In this document: positions 28,635 through 37,915 of the stretch, piece after piece
Numbering within the stretch: the stretch's first letter is position 1
Layout of the letters: each line of letters starts with the position of its first letter
DNA from: a virus
IMG/VR virus record: IMGVR_UViG_3300021426_000094
Span: 1-64,000 of that record
Strand: one strand, 5' to 3'
Length of the DNA: 64,000 nucleotides
Made by a program: the position numbers and the translations under genes
Notes under the pieces: generated by a model
Told to the model about the DNA's origin: nothing
Databases searched by the model: none
What the model saw: the letters and a program-made list of their open reading frames with translations, nothing else

Positions 28635-28918
28635 TCGTTATTCCCTTTATTCATTTTATTCCAATCTTCCAATAACTGCCCGTTTAAATCATATATATAA
28701 AAGAACCGATTCCAACTACCGAAATCAACTATCCACAATGGCTTACCCAATGGAGTCTTGTCACAAAGCCAACGCCTATAGCCATATTGGTCATAATTGT
28801 TATCGTCTAAATATCTATTACAAAGCGCAAATAATTCTTCTTGTGTATCCGCTTCACCATAATATTCCATTGTCTGGTCTCTGGTATTATATGCGTTACT
28901 TCCTATTAATAATATCAC
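28631..28918 (-). CDS. Hypothetical protein
   Basis: 95-aa ORF. Confidence 0.4.
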   Translation of the reverse strand: MILLIGSNAYNTRDQTMEYYGEADTQEELFALCNRYLDDNNYDQYGYRRWLCDKTPLGKPLWIVDFGSWNRFFYIYDLNGQLLEDWNKMNKGNNE

Positions 28919-29409
28919 TTAATCCTCAGCCCCCTTGTCTGTACCAGATGAGCGACCCCATCCAGATCAATCCCAGCTTTTAAATCTTTCTTCATAAGTT
29001 CCTTATCAACCTTTGGCTCAACTGGTTTAAGATACCTCTCAGGAATCTTATCAATGTCCACTTCAACCGCCACACTTGGAGGATTATTCTGTACATTGAA
29101 AGAGAAGAGTTCTGTCTTAAATTTTGTCTTACCAGTAGTTTCCATAGCACCCTGAAGCGACTTCTTCATCCGATCAATTTTGTTCTCAATGAACTTCTTC
29201 TTTTCTGTAAAGCGCTTTGCCTCAGCACCGCATGCCTCAGCATCATGCTCAAGCTGTCTAATCATCTTCGCATAGCCATCGGCTTTAATCTCAATCTCGC
29301 CCTCAATTCCTTCAAGAGTGTCAATAAAGACATCCTCTTCAATATCTGGATCTTCAGCCATTTCCATGAGCATCAACCAATCATTTGTCAGTTCATATAA
29401 TGTACTCAC
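28915..29409 (-). CDS. Siphovirus Gp157-like protein
   Basis: GTG start. The N-terminus (LYELTNDW...EDPDIEEDVFIDTLEGIEGEIE) is characteristic of the Sipho_Gp157 family. Confidence 0.55.
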   Translation of the reverse strand: MSTLYELTNDWLMLMEMAEDPDIEEDVFIDTLEGIEGEIEIKADGYAKMIRQLEHDAEACGAEAKRFTEKKKFIENKIDRMKKSLQGAMETTGKTKFKTELFSFNVQNNPPSVAVEVDIDKIPERYLKPVEPKVDKELMKKDLKAGIDLDGVAHLVQTRGLRIK

Positions 29410-29558
29410 GTATCATCACCTTCTTTCAATGTTGCTTCATCCGCCATCTTACGAATATATACTTCCTGTTCCAGAGCCTCAATCCTATCATGCAGCGACC
29501 ACATTTCAGCGCTAAAAATAATATCAATCACAAATAAAATAATTACAGCAATCTTCAT
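29406..29558 (-). CDS. Small membrane peptide (50 aa)
   Basis: AAGGAG RBS. One TM helix. Its stop overlaps the next gene's GTG start. Confidence 0.35.
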   Translation of the reverse strand: MKIAVIILFVIDIIFSAEMWSLHDRIEALEQEVYIRKMADEATLKEGDDT

Positions 29559-29569
29559 TTTATATCTCC

Positions 29570-29797
29570 TTATTTAATAATAATGTGTTTCTCTGGATGA
29601 TCTATAATGTCCTGAATCTTGTCTTCCTGACGAATGCGCTTACAATCATAAATCGTCAGCCATGTAATTGTTTCTTTGAATTTACTCTTTGCTTTACGCC
29701 GATTTGGTGCTAAAACGTAGTAAACTGGTTTATTCTCATTGTTTGGTCGATAATCAGCTGTGATAGCGAAGAGGCATTGGTCTTCATATTTAGCCAT
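29570..29797 (-). CDS. Hypothetical protein
   Basis: 75-aa ORF. Confidence 0.35.
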   Translation of the reverse strand: MAKYEDQCLFAITADYRPNNENKPVYYVLAPNRRKAKSKFKETITWLTIYDCKRIRQEDKIQDIIDHPEKHIIIK

Positions 29798-30412
29798 TTA
29801 AATGTCCTCGTTAATAATGTTCATCTGACAAGATTTCATAGTCATTAATGCTGCTCTATGAAGTTCTGGAGTAGTACCAGCGCAACACGATGCATCAATA
29901 GTGATTTCAGCTTCAGGGAATGCTTGACGAATTGCGAATGCGTTAGAGACCACACAGATATCTGTACAAACACCTATGAATTCAAATTCAAGGTCTTCTC
30001 CCTTATAATCAAGAGGAACATACATATCCAAAAATGAATTCAAAAGATTAACCACCGTTCTCCAAACATTCCCCTCAATTGCGAAATTTTCTTTAACAAT
30101 AGTATTATATCCTTCTTTTCCTTTAATCCATGGATGACGTCCAGTCGCATGAACAGTATCTAAAATATCATTCACGATATTCCACCCTCTATCACTTTGG
30201 CAATGTGGAATTGGTAAATAACGTCCTTCTCTTGTTTGCGGATACTCATCTTCGTCATGCATATCCATCGTAAAAATTAAACGGTCATAATCTTTAACCT
30301 TAATCTTCTCAACAACCTTTGGCACAATCACCTGTGCTTCTGGAGTACCAAGGATGCCAGTGATAAAATCGTTTTGCATATCAATTACCATTAGAATTTT
30401 CGTTTTGTTCAT
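29798..30412 (-). CDS. Isochorismatase-fold cysteine hydrolase (nicotinamidase PncA-like)
   Basis: VIDMQNDF is the family N-terminal motif. GVCTDICV carries the catalytic Cys. Length is 204 aa. Confidence 0.7.
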   Translation of the reverse strand: MNKTKILMVIDMQNDFITGILGTPEAQVIVPKVVEKIKVKDYDRLIFTMDMHDEDEYPQTREGRYLPIPHCQSDRGWNIVNDILDTVHATGRHPWIKGKEGYNTIVKENFAIEGNVWRTVVNLLNSFLDMYVPLDYKGEDLEFEFIGVCTDICVVSNAFAIRQAFPEAEITIDASCCAGTTPELHRAALMTMKSCQMNIINEDI

Positions 30413-30429
30413 TTTTAATTATACCTCAT

Positions 30430-31521
30430 TTAACTTGCATTTGCCCATTGCCATCCAAAACCACCGCATTTTCTCCTTATACCATCACATACCTTCCTAA
30501 TATTTCTTTGTGCGGCTTCAGCACTTTGTCCGGTTTCTTCTGCTACATTGCGCCCAGCATCTGCTATAGAATTAAATGTGCAAATATAACTACCGTTTAT
30601 ATCATATTTATTAACAGGACGCAACATACCAGAATAGTCATCTTTTGATAACGTTGGTGGTTTTTTATCTTTAGTCCACAGAAAGCCACAAGCACTTTGA
30701 ACTTCACCTCTTAAACATTGATATATACGATGTCTTGCGCCTGTATCATTAGTTTCTGTACCTAAATACAGTCTATGCACGGCTTCTCTAACATCATCAT
30801 AAACTCCAATTAATTGTTTGGTATGTACATCCCAACAATACACAATTCCATCATATGGCATCATTTGTTTAATACTAGCCTTATACTTTTTTCGTATTAT
30901 ATTATTTATCCCTTTTATTTCTGATTCAGGGATATCATTTCCATGTGTATCTTTATGATACCGAAATATATATTTACTAGCTCTTAATTGCCGACCTTTA
31001 ACTACTTTTAATATATTAGTTTTTTTAACGCCAGTTATATCTTGTGCTTCATTATATGTCATTGCCGTACCAAGGTATTTACCATTTAAATCAAAGTAAT
31101 CTATTGGAGTTCTTTTAGCTAAATTATGTTTATTATTTCTTAATTTTTCTTTATGATCTTCTGATAGAGGAACACCAACATGTGAATAACCACCATCATC
31201 TCGATTATATCCATAAGAAGGATGTTGCCATCTGTTTAAATTAGTTTTATATTTTTTAATATAATAGCGTTCTCGTTTACAGGCTTGTTCAAAAGAAAGT
31301 TTTTCTTCCAAAATAATATGTTTAAAATTATCCCAACCATATTTTTTTATTGCCCTATAAAATACAGTTTGAGTATGATATCCCTCTCCATTTGCCCATC
31401 TAACTTCAGGCTTTAATGACGTTATACCAATATACCTCTTATCATTGGGGGCTACATGCATATAAACACAATACAACACATCCAAATAATTTTTCCATGT
31501 CTTTTTGGTATCTTCTAACAT
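30430..31521 (-). CDS. GIY-YIG homing endonuclease with C-terminal DNA-binding repeats
   Basis: The N-terminus (YCVYMHV...KRYIGIT) matches the GIY-(x10)-YIG motif. The C-terminal half repeats the FDLNGKYLGTAMTYNEAQDITG-type motif. Confidence 0.7.
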   Translation of the reverse strand: MLEDTKKTWKNYLDVLYCVYMHVAPNDKRYIGITSLKPEVRWANGEGYHTQTVFYRAIKKYGWDNFKHIILEEKLSFEQACKRERYYIKKYKTNLNRWQHPSYGYNRDDGGYSHVGVPLSEDHKEKLRNNKHNLAKRTPIDYFDLNGKYLGTAMTYNEAQDITGVKKTNILKVVKGRQLRASKYIFRYHKDTHGNDIPESEIKGINNIIRKKYKASIKQMMPYDGIVYCWDVHTKQLIGVYDDVREAVHRLYLGTETNDTGARHRIYQCLRGEVQSACGFLWTKDKKPPTLSKDDYSGMLRPVNKYDINGSYICTFNSIADAGRNVAEETGQSAEAAQRNIRKVCDGIRRKCGGFGWQWANAS

Positions 31522-31796
31522 TATTCCCCCACAATCTCATTCCAAATCTCTACATACTCATCACCAAGTTGATGACAGAACTGGCTCAACAGATATTCTT
31601 CCTCAGTATATCTGCTTTCCCAACGCTTCAGATTCTCTAACCAGTTAGTCATAGAATCAGAAGCACGAACCCCTACCGTATAATTGTTAGCAGCGTGCTG
31701 AAAAGAATCACAGGCATACTTATAACAATGTTTAACACTAAGCAAATCATAGCACTTGCTTTTAATAAACGCTTTAAGTCTTTCTTCGTTAATCAT
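31521..31796 (-). CDS. Hypothetical protein
   Basis: 91-aa ORF. Confidence 0.35.
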   Translation of the reverse strand: MINEERLKAFIKSKCYDLLSVKHCYKYACDSFQHAANNYTVGVRASDSMTNWLENLKRWESRYTEEEYLLSQFCHQLGDEYVEIWNEIVGE

Positions 31797-31800
31797 TTAA

Positions 31801-32010
31801 TTACCGCATGCCTTTCCTCTTTTTATAAAGCCGATTAAGTTCCTGCTCATACATTTTTCTCTCCATCGGAGATTTACTGTACTTAATACGTTTTTTTAAG
31901 TCAGATATCGAATATTCGATATCAGGTGGCTTGAGCGCTTCCTTAATGTCCTTGAGGTTTGCATTAGTGTCTTCCAGTGTCTGAATCAAGTTTTTCATTT
32001 CGGTTTCCAT
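31801..32010 (-). CDS. Small helical protein
   Basis: 69-aa ORF. Confidence 0.35.
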   Translation of the reverse strand: METEMKNLIQTLEDTNANLKDIKEALKPPDIEYSISDLKKRIKYSKSPMERKMYEQELNRLYKKRKGMR

Positions 32011-32086
32011 GTTGTTAATACCTCGTATTTAATTATCAACTGTCAAAAACTATTATAGCGGGTTATGTAATAAAGTCAAGCATTTT

Positions 32087-32407
32087 TTAGCAAATAACAA
32101 ATCCAACTGGATATCCTTTATCATATGAATTACCTGAATCCCCCAAAAATCGTCCAAATAACAATCTCATATGTTTACTATTACCATAATATTCGTCTGA
32201 GAGATACAGGGTTTCTCTATCCAAATCCCTAATATAATCGCATTTATTTAAAAATAATTCATCTAAATTATTAAAAGGGGTAATGGTTTCTTGTAAATCA
32301 TATACCGACCCAACCTTACGAAAACAATATTTAAAATCCCCTTCAACACCATTACATAAACACAACCTATTTCTGGTATCACATGTTTCGCATATTTTAT
32401 TAATCAT
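32087..32407 (-). CDS. Cys-rich small protein
   Basis: 106 aa. CETCDTRNRLCLCNG is present. Confidence 0.35.
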   Translation of the reverse strand: MINKICETCDTRNRLCLCNGVEGDFKYCFRKVGSVYDLQETITPFNNLDELFLNKCDYIRDLDRETLYLSDEYYGNSKHMRLLFGRFLGDSGNSYDKGYPVGFVIC

Positions 32408-32744
32408 CGTCTACCTCATCCTCTTCATCGTCATCTTCAATATATGCAGGATACTCAGTCCTAACAGTAGAAATACCATCATCGTTTTCATCTTTGGGTT
32501 TACGTGCTCTGAAAATAACAGATGTCGGATCGTCAGAAAAGATAAGCAAATCAAGGGCGTTTACGTCCTCAGCGGGTGGTTTACCAGTTCGAAAAGGCCA
32601 AAGAGCACACCCTTCTGCTGTACATTTTCTGGATTCTGCCGCACTCAGTGAGCATTGTCTACAACGTGCAATAGCGGCTAATCTCCATGTCAACTTTCTA
32701 AAAGGTTTCTTGTCATCTGCCATATCTATTTCTCCAATCTCCAA
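32400..32744 (-). CDS. Hypothetical protein with an acidic C-terminus
   Basis: 114 aa. Confidence 0.35.
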   Translation of the reverse strand: MEIGEIDMADDKKPFRKLTWRLAAIARCRQCSLSAAESRKCTAEGCALWPFRTGKPPAEDVNALDLLIFSDDPTSVIFRARKPKDENDDGISTVRTEYPAYIEDDDEEDEVDDD

Positions 32745-32958
32745 TCTCCATAATCTTAGCAGCTACATTAAGTCTCAGCCCCACAAAGGGTGGAAGAGTA
32801 CTACCAGAACTATTCTGTGAAAACGTCATAGGATTTGCACGCCATCTTTTAATCATCTCTTCTTTACCCAATTCAATACGGTACTGTTTATTAAATAGCT
32901 TCTTAAAAAAATACTTAATCTTATTAATCAATCTCTTCCTATATACTTCTACTTTCAT
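32713..32958 (-). CDS. Small basic protein
   Basis: 81 aa. Overlaps its neighbours and the start is uncertain. Confidence 0.25.
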   Translation of the reverse strand: MKVEVYRKRLINKIKYFFKKLFNKQYRIELGKEEMIKRWRANPMTFSQNSSGSTLPPFVGLRLNVAAKIMEIGDWRNRYGR

Positions 32959-33457
32959 TTCTTCCCTTCCACCATTTCTTATAATATTCCAATGTCAGGA
33001 ACATTATCAATGTGTTTATACTTACAAATTTCTTATTAAGTTTGTTCTCAATCCAAGGATGAAGCGGTTCAACCAAATCCTGCTCTTCAAAAAATCCAAT
33101 AATTTCTTTCCCTAGTAGCCATGCCAACATAATCTCTTGGCATGTACCTACAGATGTTTTTGCTTTGTTTAGATTCACCACAAAATAATTGCAATTAATA
33201 ATTCCACAAATATCATATTCATGAGCCAACTGCTGAACTTCATCACTTTCGTCCTCAGCATTAAAAACAGTTGGATCAAAGAATTGATAATGACCCATAA
33301 AATGTTTCTCTAGAACTTCTCGCCATTCTGTCTGTTCTTTTTGTGACAATCCTGTCATAGCACCAGACAAAAAAATAGTAGGGCAATCTGCTTCTACCTT
33401 ATATTTCTGAACTAAAACTTCTAATCTATCATTCCTCATTCGCTTCCTCTCTCTCAA
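32939..33457 (-). CDS. Nucleoside 2-deoxyribosyltransferase-like / dNMP N-hydrolase-like protein
   Basis: The N-terminus (IFLSGAMTG...EW) and a later conserved Glu (GTCQEIMLAW) resemble the NDT/Rcl fold. Length is 172 aa. Confidence 0.45.
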   Translation of the reverse strand: MRERKRMRNDRLEVLVQKYKVEADCPTIFLSGAMTGLSQKEQTEWREVLEKHFMGHYQFFDPTVFNAEDESDEVQQLAHEYDICGIINCNYFVVNLNKAKTSVGTCQEIMLAWLLGKEIIGFFEEQDLVEPLHPWIENKLNKKFVSINTLIMFLTLEYYKKWWKGRNESRSI

Positions 33458-33529
33458 GATATATTACAAGACCAACCAACACCCCAACAAATGTTACAAA
33501 TCCCCCACACAAGAATCCAATCATAAAAC

Positions 33530-33727
33530 TCATACTGTCTTCTCCTTTGTTACTGCAATTTCTTCAGTCTCTGCGTTTTCTACATCCCTTAAATAATTAT
33601 CTATTGCTGATACCATTTGCTTAGCAGTTAAATCCCCCTCAATAAGATGTCCTTTTAGAAAATATAAAATAGATTCTACATGCCACTGAGGAATATAAAT
33701 ATTTGGCTTTTTATTCTGATTCTCCAT
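33530..33727 (-). CDS. Small hypothetical protein
   Basis: 65 aa. Confidence 0.3.
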   Translation of the reverse strand: MENQNKKPNIYIPQWHVESILYFLKGHLIEGDLTAKQMVSAIDNYLRDVENAETEEIAVTKEKTV

Positions 33728-33902
33728 TTAGTTTATCTCCAATCTCTGCAACAATTTCATATGTACTGCCCACTAAACGCATAACCACATTTAATGCCTG
33801 AATCATTTTATATTCAGGCAGGTTCCATGCATTAGCAGTTGCTTTCTGAATCTGATCATACGCATAATCCATATCACGCTCATACCGCTCTTTATACGTC
33901 AT
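33711..33902 (-). CDS. Small hypothetical protein
   Basis: 63 aa. Confidence 0.3.
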   Translation of the reverse strand: MTYKERYERDMDYAYDQIQKATANAWNLPEYKMIQALNVVMRLVGSTYEIVAEIGDKLNGESE

Positions 33903-34150
33903 TCTGTAACCCCCTCAAGATTCTTGTTCCACCAATCAATTGCTTTCTTAATTGAACGGAACTTGTGCGCATCCAGAGCATGATAACTATCCGTAGATGG
34001 ATCATATTCACCTACTTCAATTTCATACCATGCGTCATCCTTACACACATTAAAATAGAAAAGAAGAGTAGCCTCTTTATTACCCTCAAAATGTTTAGAA
34101 TACAGCGTGATATCCTGAATTCCATTCTTAATATCCTCAATAGTTAACAT
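33899..34150 (-). CDS. Small hypothetical protein
   Basis: 83 aa. Confidence 0.3.
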   Translation of the reverse strand: MLTIEDIKNGIQDITLYSKHFEGNKEATLLFYFNVCKDDAWYEIEVGEYDPSTDSYHALDAHKFRSIKKAIDWWNKNLEGVTE

Positions 34151-34518
34151 AGGCCATTCCTTTCTGCTTCCGCTTCAGCACGCATGTCACATGCAATTTT
34201 AATTGCCTGTTCTGGAGTATCAGCATAAATAATGAAGAAGCCGGGGTACTCCATTACATTTTCATAATAATAATCATAGAATCCATCATAATCATATTCG
34301 CAGACAGGGGCATTTTTCACATTAAAATCTACAGTGTATCGCAACTTCTGTGTCTGAAATTGATCTGTATCATATGGCGTATAAGTCGCGCTGTTTTTAA
34401 AAATTAATCGTCCCCCTTCAATTGCCTTGCAAATTTCTTTTGCTTTATCTTCACTATCCGTCACGCCAACCACATGACGATCACTGTATTGCCCCGTTTC
34501 TATTACATATACTAACAT
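34144..34518 (-). CDS. Hypothetical protein
   Basis: 124 aa. Confidence 0.35.
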   Translation of the reverse strand: MLVYVIETGQYSDRHVVGVTDSEDKAKEICKAIEGGRLIFKNSATYTPYDTDQFQTQKLRYTVDFNVKNAPVCEYDYDGFYDYYYENVMEYPGFFIIYADTPEQAIKIACDMRAEAEAERNGLC

Positions 34519-34523
34519 TTTAA

Positions 34524-34694
34524 TTATCTCCTGTCAATTAAAGATTTCCAACATTTTTCACATAAAATAAAGGAGAATTTGTAGGTTGTCTTATCATTAA
34601 TAATGTCTGTCTTTATAGCAGCACCGTTTGCTTTACCACACGAATCACATGTTGCAAATTTAGTAAGATAAAACTTTGAAGACATTTTAAACAT
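34524..34694 (-). CDS. Small Zn-ribbon protein
   Basis: The start was reset to MFKMSSKF (AGGGGG RBS). CDSCG...CEKC is present. Confidence 0.3.
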   Translation of the reverse strand: MFKMSSKFYLTKFATCDSCGKANGAAIKTDIINDKTTYKFSFILCEKCWKSLIDRR

Positions 34695-34707
34695 AGCTGC
34701 CCCCTGA

Positions 34708-35052
34708 TCAATTAAAGAAGTCCAGTGATGTTGTTGCGTTATTTGTATGTTCAAAAATAACGGTAACGCCATCTTCCCAATCTCGACTTGGACGGATTAC
34801 CGTTCTAGATGGAATAAATCCTTCAATAATAATCACATCCTTCTCATTAATAATAGCGGTATGCATAGCGCTCTTAATGGTTAGACGATCAATCTCATCG
34901 TCATAATAAATATCCTTAGAATGTTCATTAATTAAATTATGAGGGTTTAGCGTCTTACCCCAGATATCCAGTTCTTCTTTTGGAGTTACATGTTCTATAT
35001 GCACACACTCGTATTTTTTTATTAGTGCTTCAAGTTGATCTGAAATTATCAT
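34708..35052 (-). CDS. Hypothetical protein
   Basis: 114 aa. Confidence 0.35.
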   Translation of the reverse strand: MIISDQLEALIKKYECVHIEHVTPKEELDIWGKTLNPHNLINEHSKDIYYDDEIDRLTIKSAMHTAIINEKDVIIIEGFIPSRTVIRPSRDWEDGVTVIFEHTNNATTSLDFFN

Positions 35053-35091
35053 ATATCATCCCCCTTGTTCGTTCGACTAAATTTAATATTA

Positions 35092-35919
35092 TTAAGTGTC
35101 AATTTGTTCGTTCGACTCATTCCTCATTTTCTCAAGGACTTTAGCAAGTTCGAGAAATGTGCGTCCGGTTTTTTTCCAGAACTGTGCATGTGCTTTGATC
35201 CATATTCCGTCCTGACAAAAAATAGTCAACATCACATCATCTTCATCTTCAATGTCAATGCTGGTAACAACTCCTCTAAAATTTCCTTTGTTTATCACCT
35301 CGTCCCAAACCTTGATTTCTTCCTTCTCCTGCTCATGAGCTTTCAGCACTTCGATAACCTCAGAGGCAGTTAAATCTCTGATAATGCCTGAACGAGTTCC
35401 CGAGCCAAACGCAGTACCAATGAAATTTATATCATCAAATACAATCTTCCTCGCCGCCTCCCAAGCATCGGACAAGCCCTTCTGATAAGCATTATTATGA
35501 CAAACCTTTGGAAGAGGGCATAATTCTTTTCCGTCCTCAAATCCTTTGTCATATGCCTCTTTCCTAATTTCATTAAACTTTGATTCTGCATCAGAGTAGC
35601 CATGTGCGTATGCCCTATCCGATTCTTCCTTTACTTCAGGGTTTTGTAAATAATCGTTCATTCCTTCGCTGTATCCATCTTGATAACCTTCGCCGTACCC
35701 ATTTGTGTGAGCCTTTTCCTTTATTAACTCAAGATTGGATTCAGTATAAGGCGTTAGCATATTCAATCCATTCCAATCGAACACAAGACTGTTAAACCCT
35801 TTTACCCTAAAAAGTTTTTCGGATGTGAAACCGTCTTTACTCAACAGCTCAAACGGTTTGTCTTCCACCTCTATAATATATTTTGTTCCCATATCACACC
35901 TCAATGTACCACTACACAA
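35092..35919 (-). CDS. Hypothetical protein
   Basis: 275 aa. Confidence 0.4.
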   Translation of the reverse strand: MCSGTLRCDMGTKYIIEVEDKPFELLSKDGFTSEKLFRVKGFNSLVFDWNGLNMLTPYTESNLELIKEKAHTNGYGEGYQDGYSEGMNDYLQNPEVKEESDRAYAHGYSDAESKFNEIRKEAYDKGFEDGKELCPLPKVCHNNAYQKGLSDAWEAARKIVFDDINFIGTAFGSGTRSGIIRDLTASEVIEVLKAHEQEKEEIKVWDEVINKGNFRGVVTSIDIEDEDDVMLTIFCQDGIWIKAHAQFWKKTGRTFLELAKVLEKMRNESNEQIDT

Positions 35920-36080
35920 TCAATGATGTTCAAATTATAAAATGCGATCCATGCTTCATTCTTCTTTACGACAAAAAGCCCGTCATTTACTTCATAATCA
36001 TCCCAATATTTCTGTGGAATAATATCAGACTTACCATCATAAAAATAAATCTTAATTTTCTGCTTCTTCTTTTTTGCCAT
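35900..36080 (-). pseudogene. Small ORF disrupted by a frameshift in an A6 run, or a homopolymer sequencing error
   Basis: AGGGGG RBS plus ATG at 36080, then GCA AAAAAG...TAA after 9 codons. Removing one A joins it to a clean 59-codon frame (KKIKIYFYDGKSDIIPQKYWDDYEVNDGLFVVKKNEAWIAFYNLNIIDCVVVH) ending at 35900. Confidence 0.3.
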
Positions 36081-36417
36081 ATGTTACCCCCTATTATTTA
36101 ATACTAAATTAATAATTGCCAATACAATAACACCTGTATGCATTAGAATTCCTGCCAAATTATCTTTTTCTCTAAAATTTAAACACCACAGATTAAGCAC
36201 AATTATAATAAACATGACTAAATCCCAGCTTTTAGTACTCATATATTTCTCTCCTTATTTTTCACTATGTGCTAATGCACCCGCAGCCACAATTGCAAGA
36301 GCCAGAACTTGTGTATTCTGAGACGGGAATTTAGTAGAATGACAGAACATAATCAACATAATAACCGAAAATAGCCACATAGCTATTATTGCTTTAAGAA
36401 ATTCCATGTTTTACCTC

Positions 36418-36639
36418 TTATTTCTCTTTGTGAATCATCAGTGTTCCATCCACATTATATCGTGGACAGACGCCCACACCATGAGACACACGTACTACCA
36501 CATATTCAACGTTGGTTGCTTCATCGACAAAAACTATGATATCATCATTCCTGCTCCATCCATATTCAGCATCTTTCCATCCGCAGAGAGATAGAACAAG
36601 TAAGATAGATGCAATGATTGTTATAATAGTTTTCTTCAT
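36418..36639 (-). CDS. Small lipoprotein
   Basis: Signal peptide with a lipobox (MKKTIITIIASILLVLSLC-G). Confidence 0.45.
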   Translation of the reverse strand: MKKTIITIIASILLVLSLCGWKDAEYGWSRNDDIIVFVDEATNVEYVVVRVSHGVGVCPRYNVDGTLMIHKEK

Positions 36640-36650
36640 GCTCTTGCTCC

Positions 36651-36857
36651 TTATCTATTGTTCATTCTTTTAATATTAATATTTACCACATGCGGATCGG
36701 GACATTCATGTGGTCTTACTTCTCCATAAAACCCCTGTATTGAAGTAATATAATATTCTTCTCCATTTTCATTTGTAACCGTTATTACCGCATCTTGATA
36801 AAGGGTTTCCATATCTTTTAATTGCTTAATCAACTTTTTTAATGTCATATTTCTCAC
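36651..36857 (-). CDS. Small hypothetical protein
   Basis: 68 aa. Confidence 0.3.
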   Translation of the reverse strand: MRNMTLKKLIKQLKDMETLYQDAVITVTNENGEEYYITSIQGFYGEVRPHECPDPHVVNINIKRMNNR

Positions 36858-36875
36858 TCCTCCCTCTCACTATAC

Positions 36876-37031
36876 TTATCCATCGGTTTCCTCTTCATAC
36901 TTGTCACACTCTATGTAAAATCGCCAGCTCCCGTTTTTGCATGAAACAAGGTGATTACCACCCATATCAAGTCCCCACGTTTTGAGGTTTTGGCAGGACT
37001 TACACTGCTCTGGAAGGTCATTATATCTCAT
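36876..37031 (-). CDS. Small Cys-containing protein (51 aa)
   Basis: GGAGAGGAG RBS. Not in the ORF track because it is below 60 aa. Confidence 0.3.
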   Translation of the reverse strand: MRYNDLPEQCKSCQNLKTWGLDMGGNHLVSCKNGSWRFYIECDKYEEETDG

Positions 37032-37049
37032 GCTTATCACTCCTCTCCA

Positions 37050-37265
37050 TCATGTGATCGCCAGACACACTGCAACTACAAAGCACGCAAGTGCCCAGAC
37101 ACAAGTTTTCGGACGGACTTCTGACACAGCGTCCCACATCAACGCACCAGCTACAAATCCAATTATTGTATGGGCGTGTGATGCTATAAAAACAGTAATA
37201 TCCATGCTTCTCACTCCTCTCTTAAAAATTTTATAAGCATAAAAGGGATACCCCATATCGGACAT
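37050..37265 (-). CDS. Small two-TM membrane protein
   Basis: 71 aa, hydrophobic. Confidence 0.35.
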   Translation of the reverse strand: MSDMGYPFYAYKIFKRGVRSMDITVFIASHAHTIIGFVAGALMWDAVSEVRPKTCVWALACFVVAVCLAIT

Positions 37266-37402
37266 GTGCCAATTAGTATAACTTCAATCAATACTAAAAT
37301 CGGCAATGAACCTATACAAAAACAAAAATCGAGAAATGGAATATCAATACTATTATTTATACAGTCCCACCGATTTTTATACCATGCTTTAAAATTATCC
37401 AT
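37211..37402 (-). CDS. Small membrane protein
   Basis: The start was reset to MDNFKAW (AAGGAG RBS). Confidence 0.3.
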   Translation of the reverse strand: MDNFKAWYKNRWDCINNSIDIPFLDFCFCIGSLPILVLIEVILIGTCPIWGIPFMLIKFLREE

Positions 37403-37599
37403 GCTTTCACTCCTTACATGCAAAAAACTGCAAAGGTAATGCCATATATTATAGACCCCATAAACCACGCAAATATGCCCCAGTCATTTTTATCAAAATC
37501 AGTTATTACACCGCCACAACATGCTGTTACAAATGCAAAAGAGAGTGCTGATGTAATAAATAATCCGATTGCGGTAAAAACATCATTACTCAATCCTGC

Positions 37600-37911
37600 T
37601 CACTCCTCTCCCTGTGAGTCCATCTTTGCTCCGCAGTGGCAGTACGGATAATGTTTGGCAACCATCTTTAATCCGTCCGCAATATCCACAAGAAGCCTTC
37701 CGCACTCTGAACATTTGTATGTATTGTTATACGATACAATCAGCAACCATCTGCCATGCACCACTGGAACAACATCTGCGGCGGGAATAGCTTTGATAAC
37801 CCCCATATCACTTTCAACAGCCAACATCCACTCGTCATCACCACGACTCTTATTATGTGACAACTGTATAATTGCTGCTTGTCTGCTGATATAGTCGTTC
37901 ATTCTGTTCAC
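37600..37911 (-). CDS. Zn-ribbon small protein, PV..G.W family member 1
   Basis: AADVVPVVHGRWL followed by CSECG...YCHCG. Confidence 0.4.
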   Translation of the reverse strand: MNRMNDYISRQAAIIQLSHNKSRGDDEWMLAVESDMGVIKAIPAADVVPVVHGRWLLIVSYNNTYKCSECGRLLVDIADGLKMVAKHYPYCHCGAKMDSQGEE

Positions 37912-37915
37912 CCCC

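Noticed and set aside
37403-37600. Possible about-64-codon membrane ORF on the minus strand with only a TTG start
   Set aside because: No ATG is present and the putative RBS spacing is marginal. It might be real, being similar in character to the neighbouring small TM proteins, but the evidence is insufficient.
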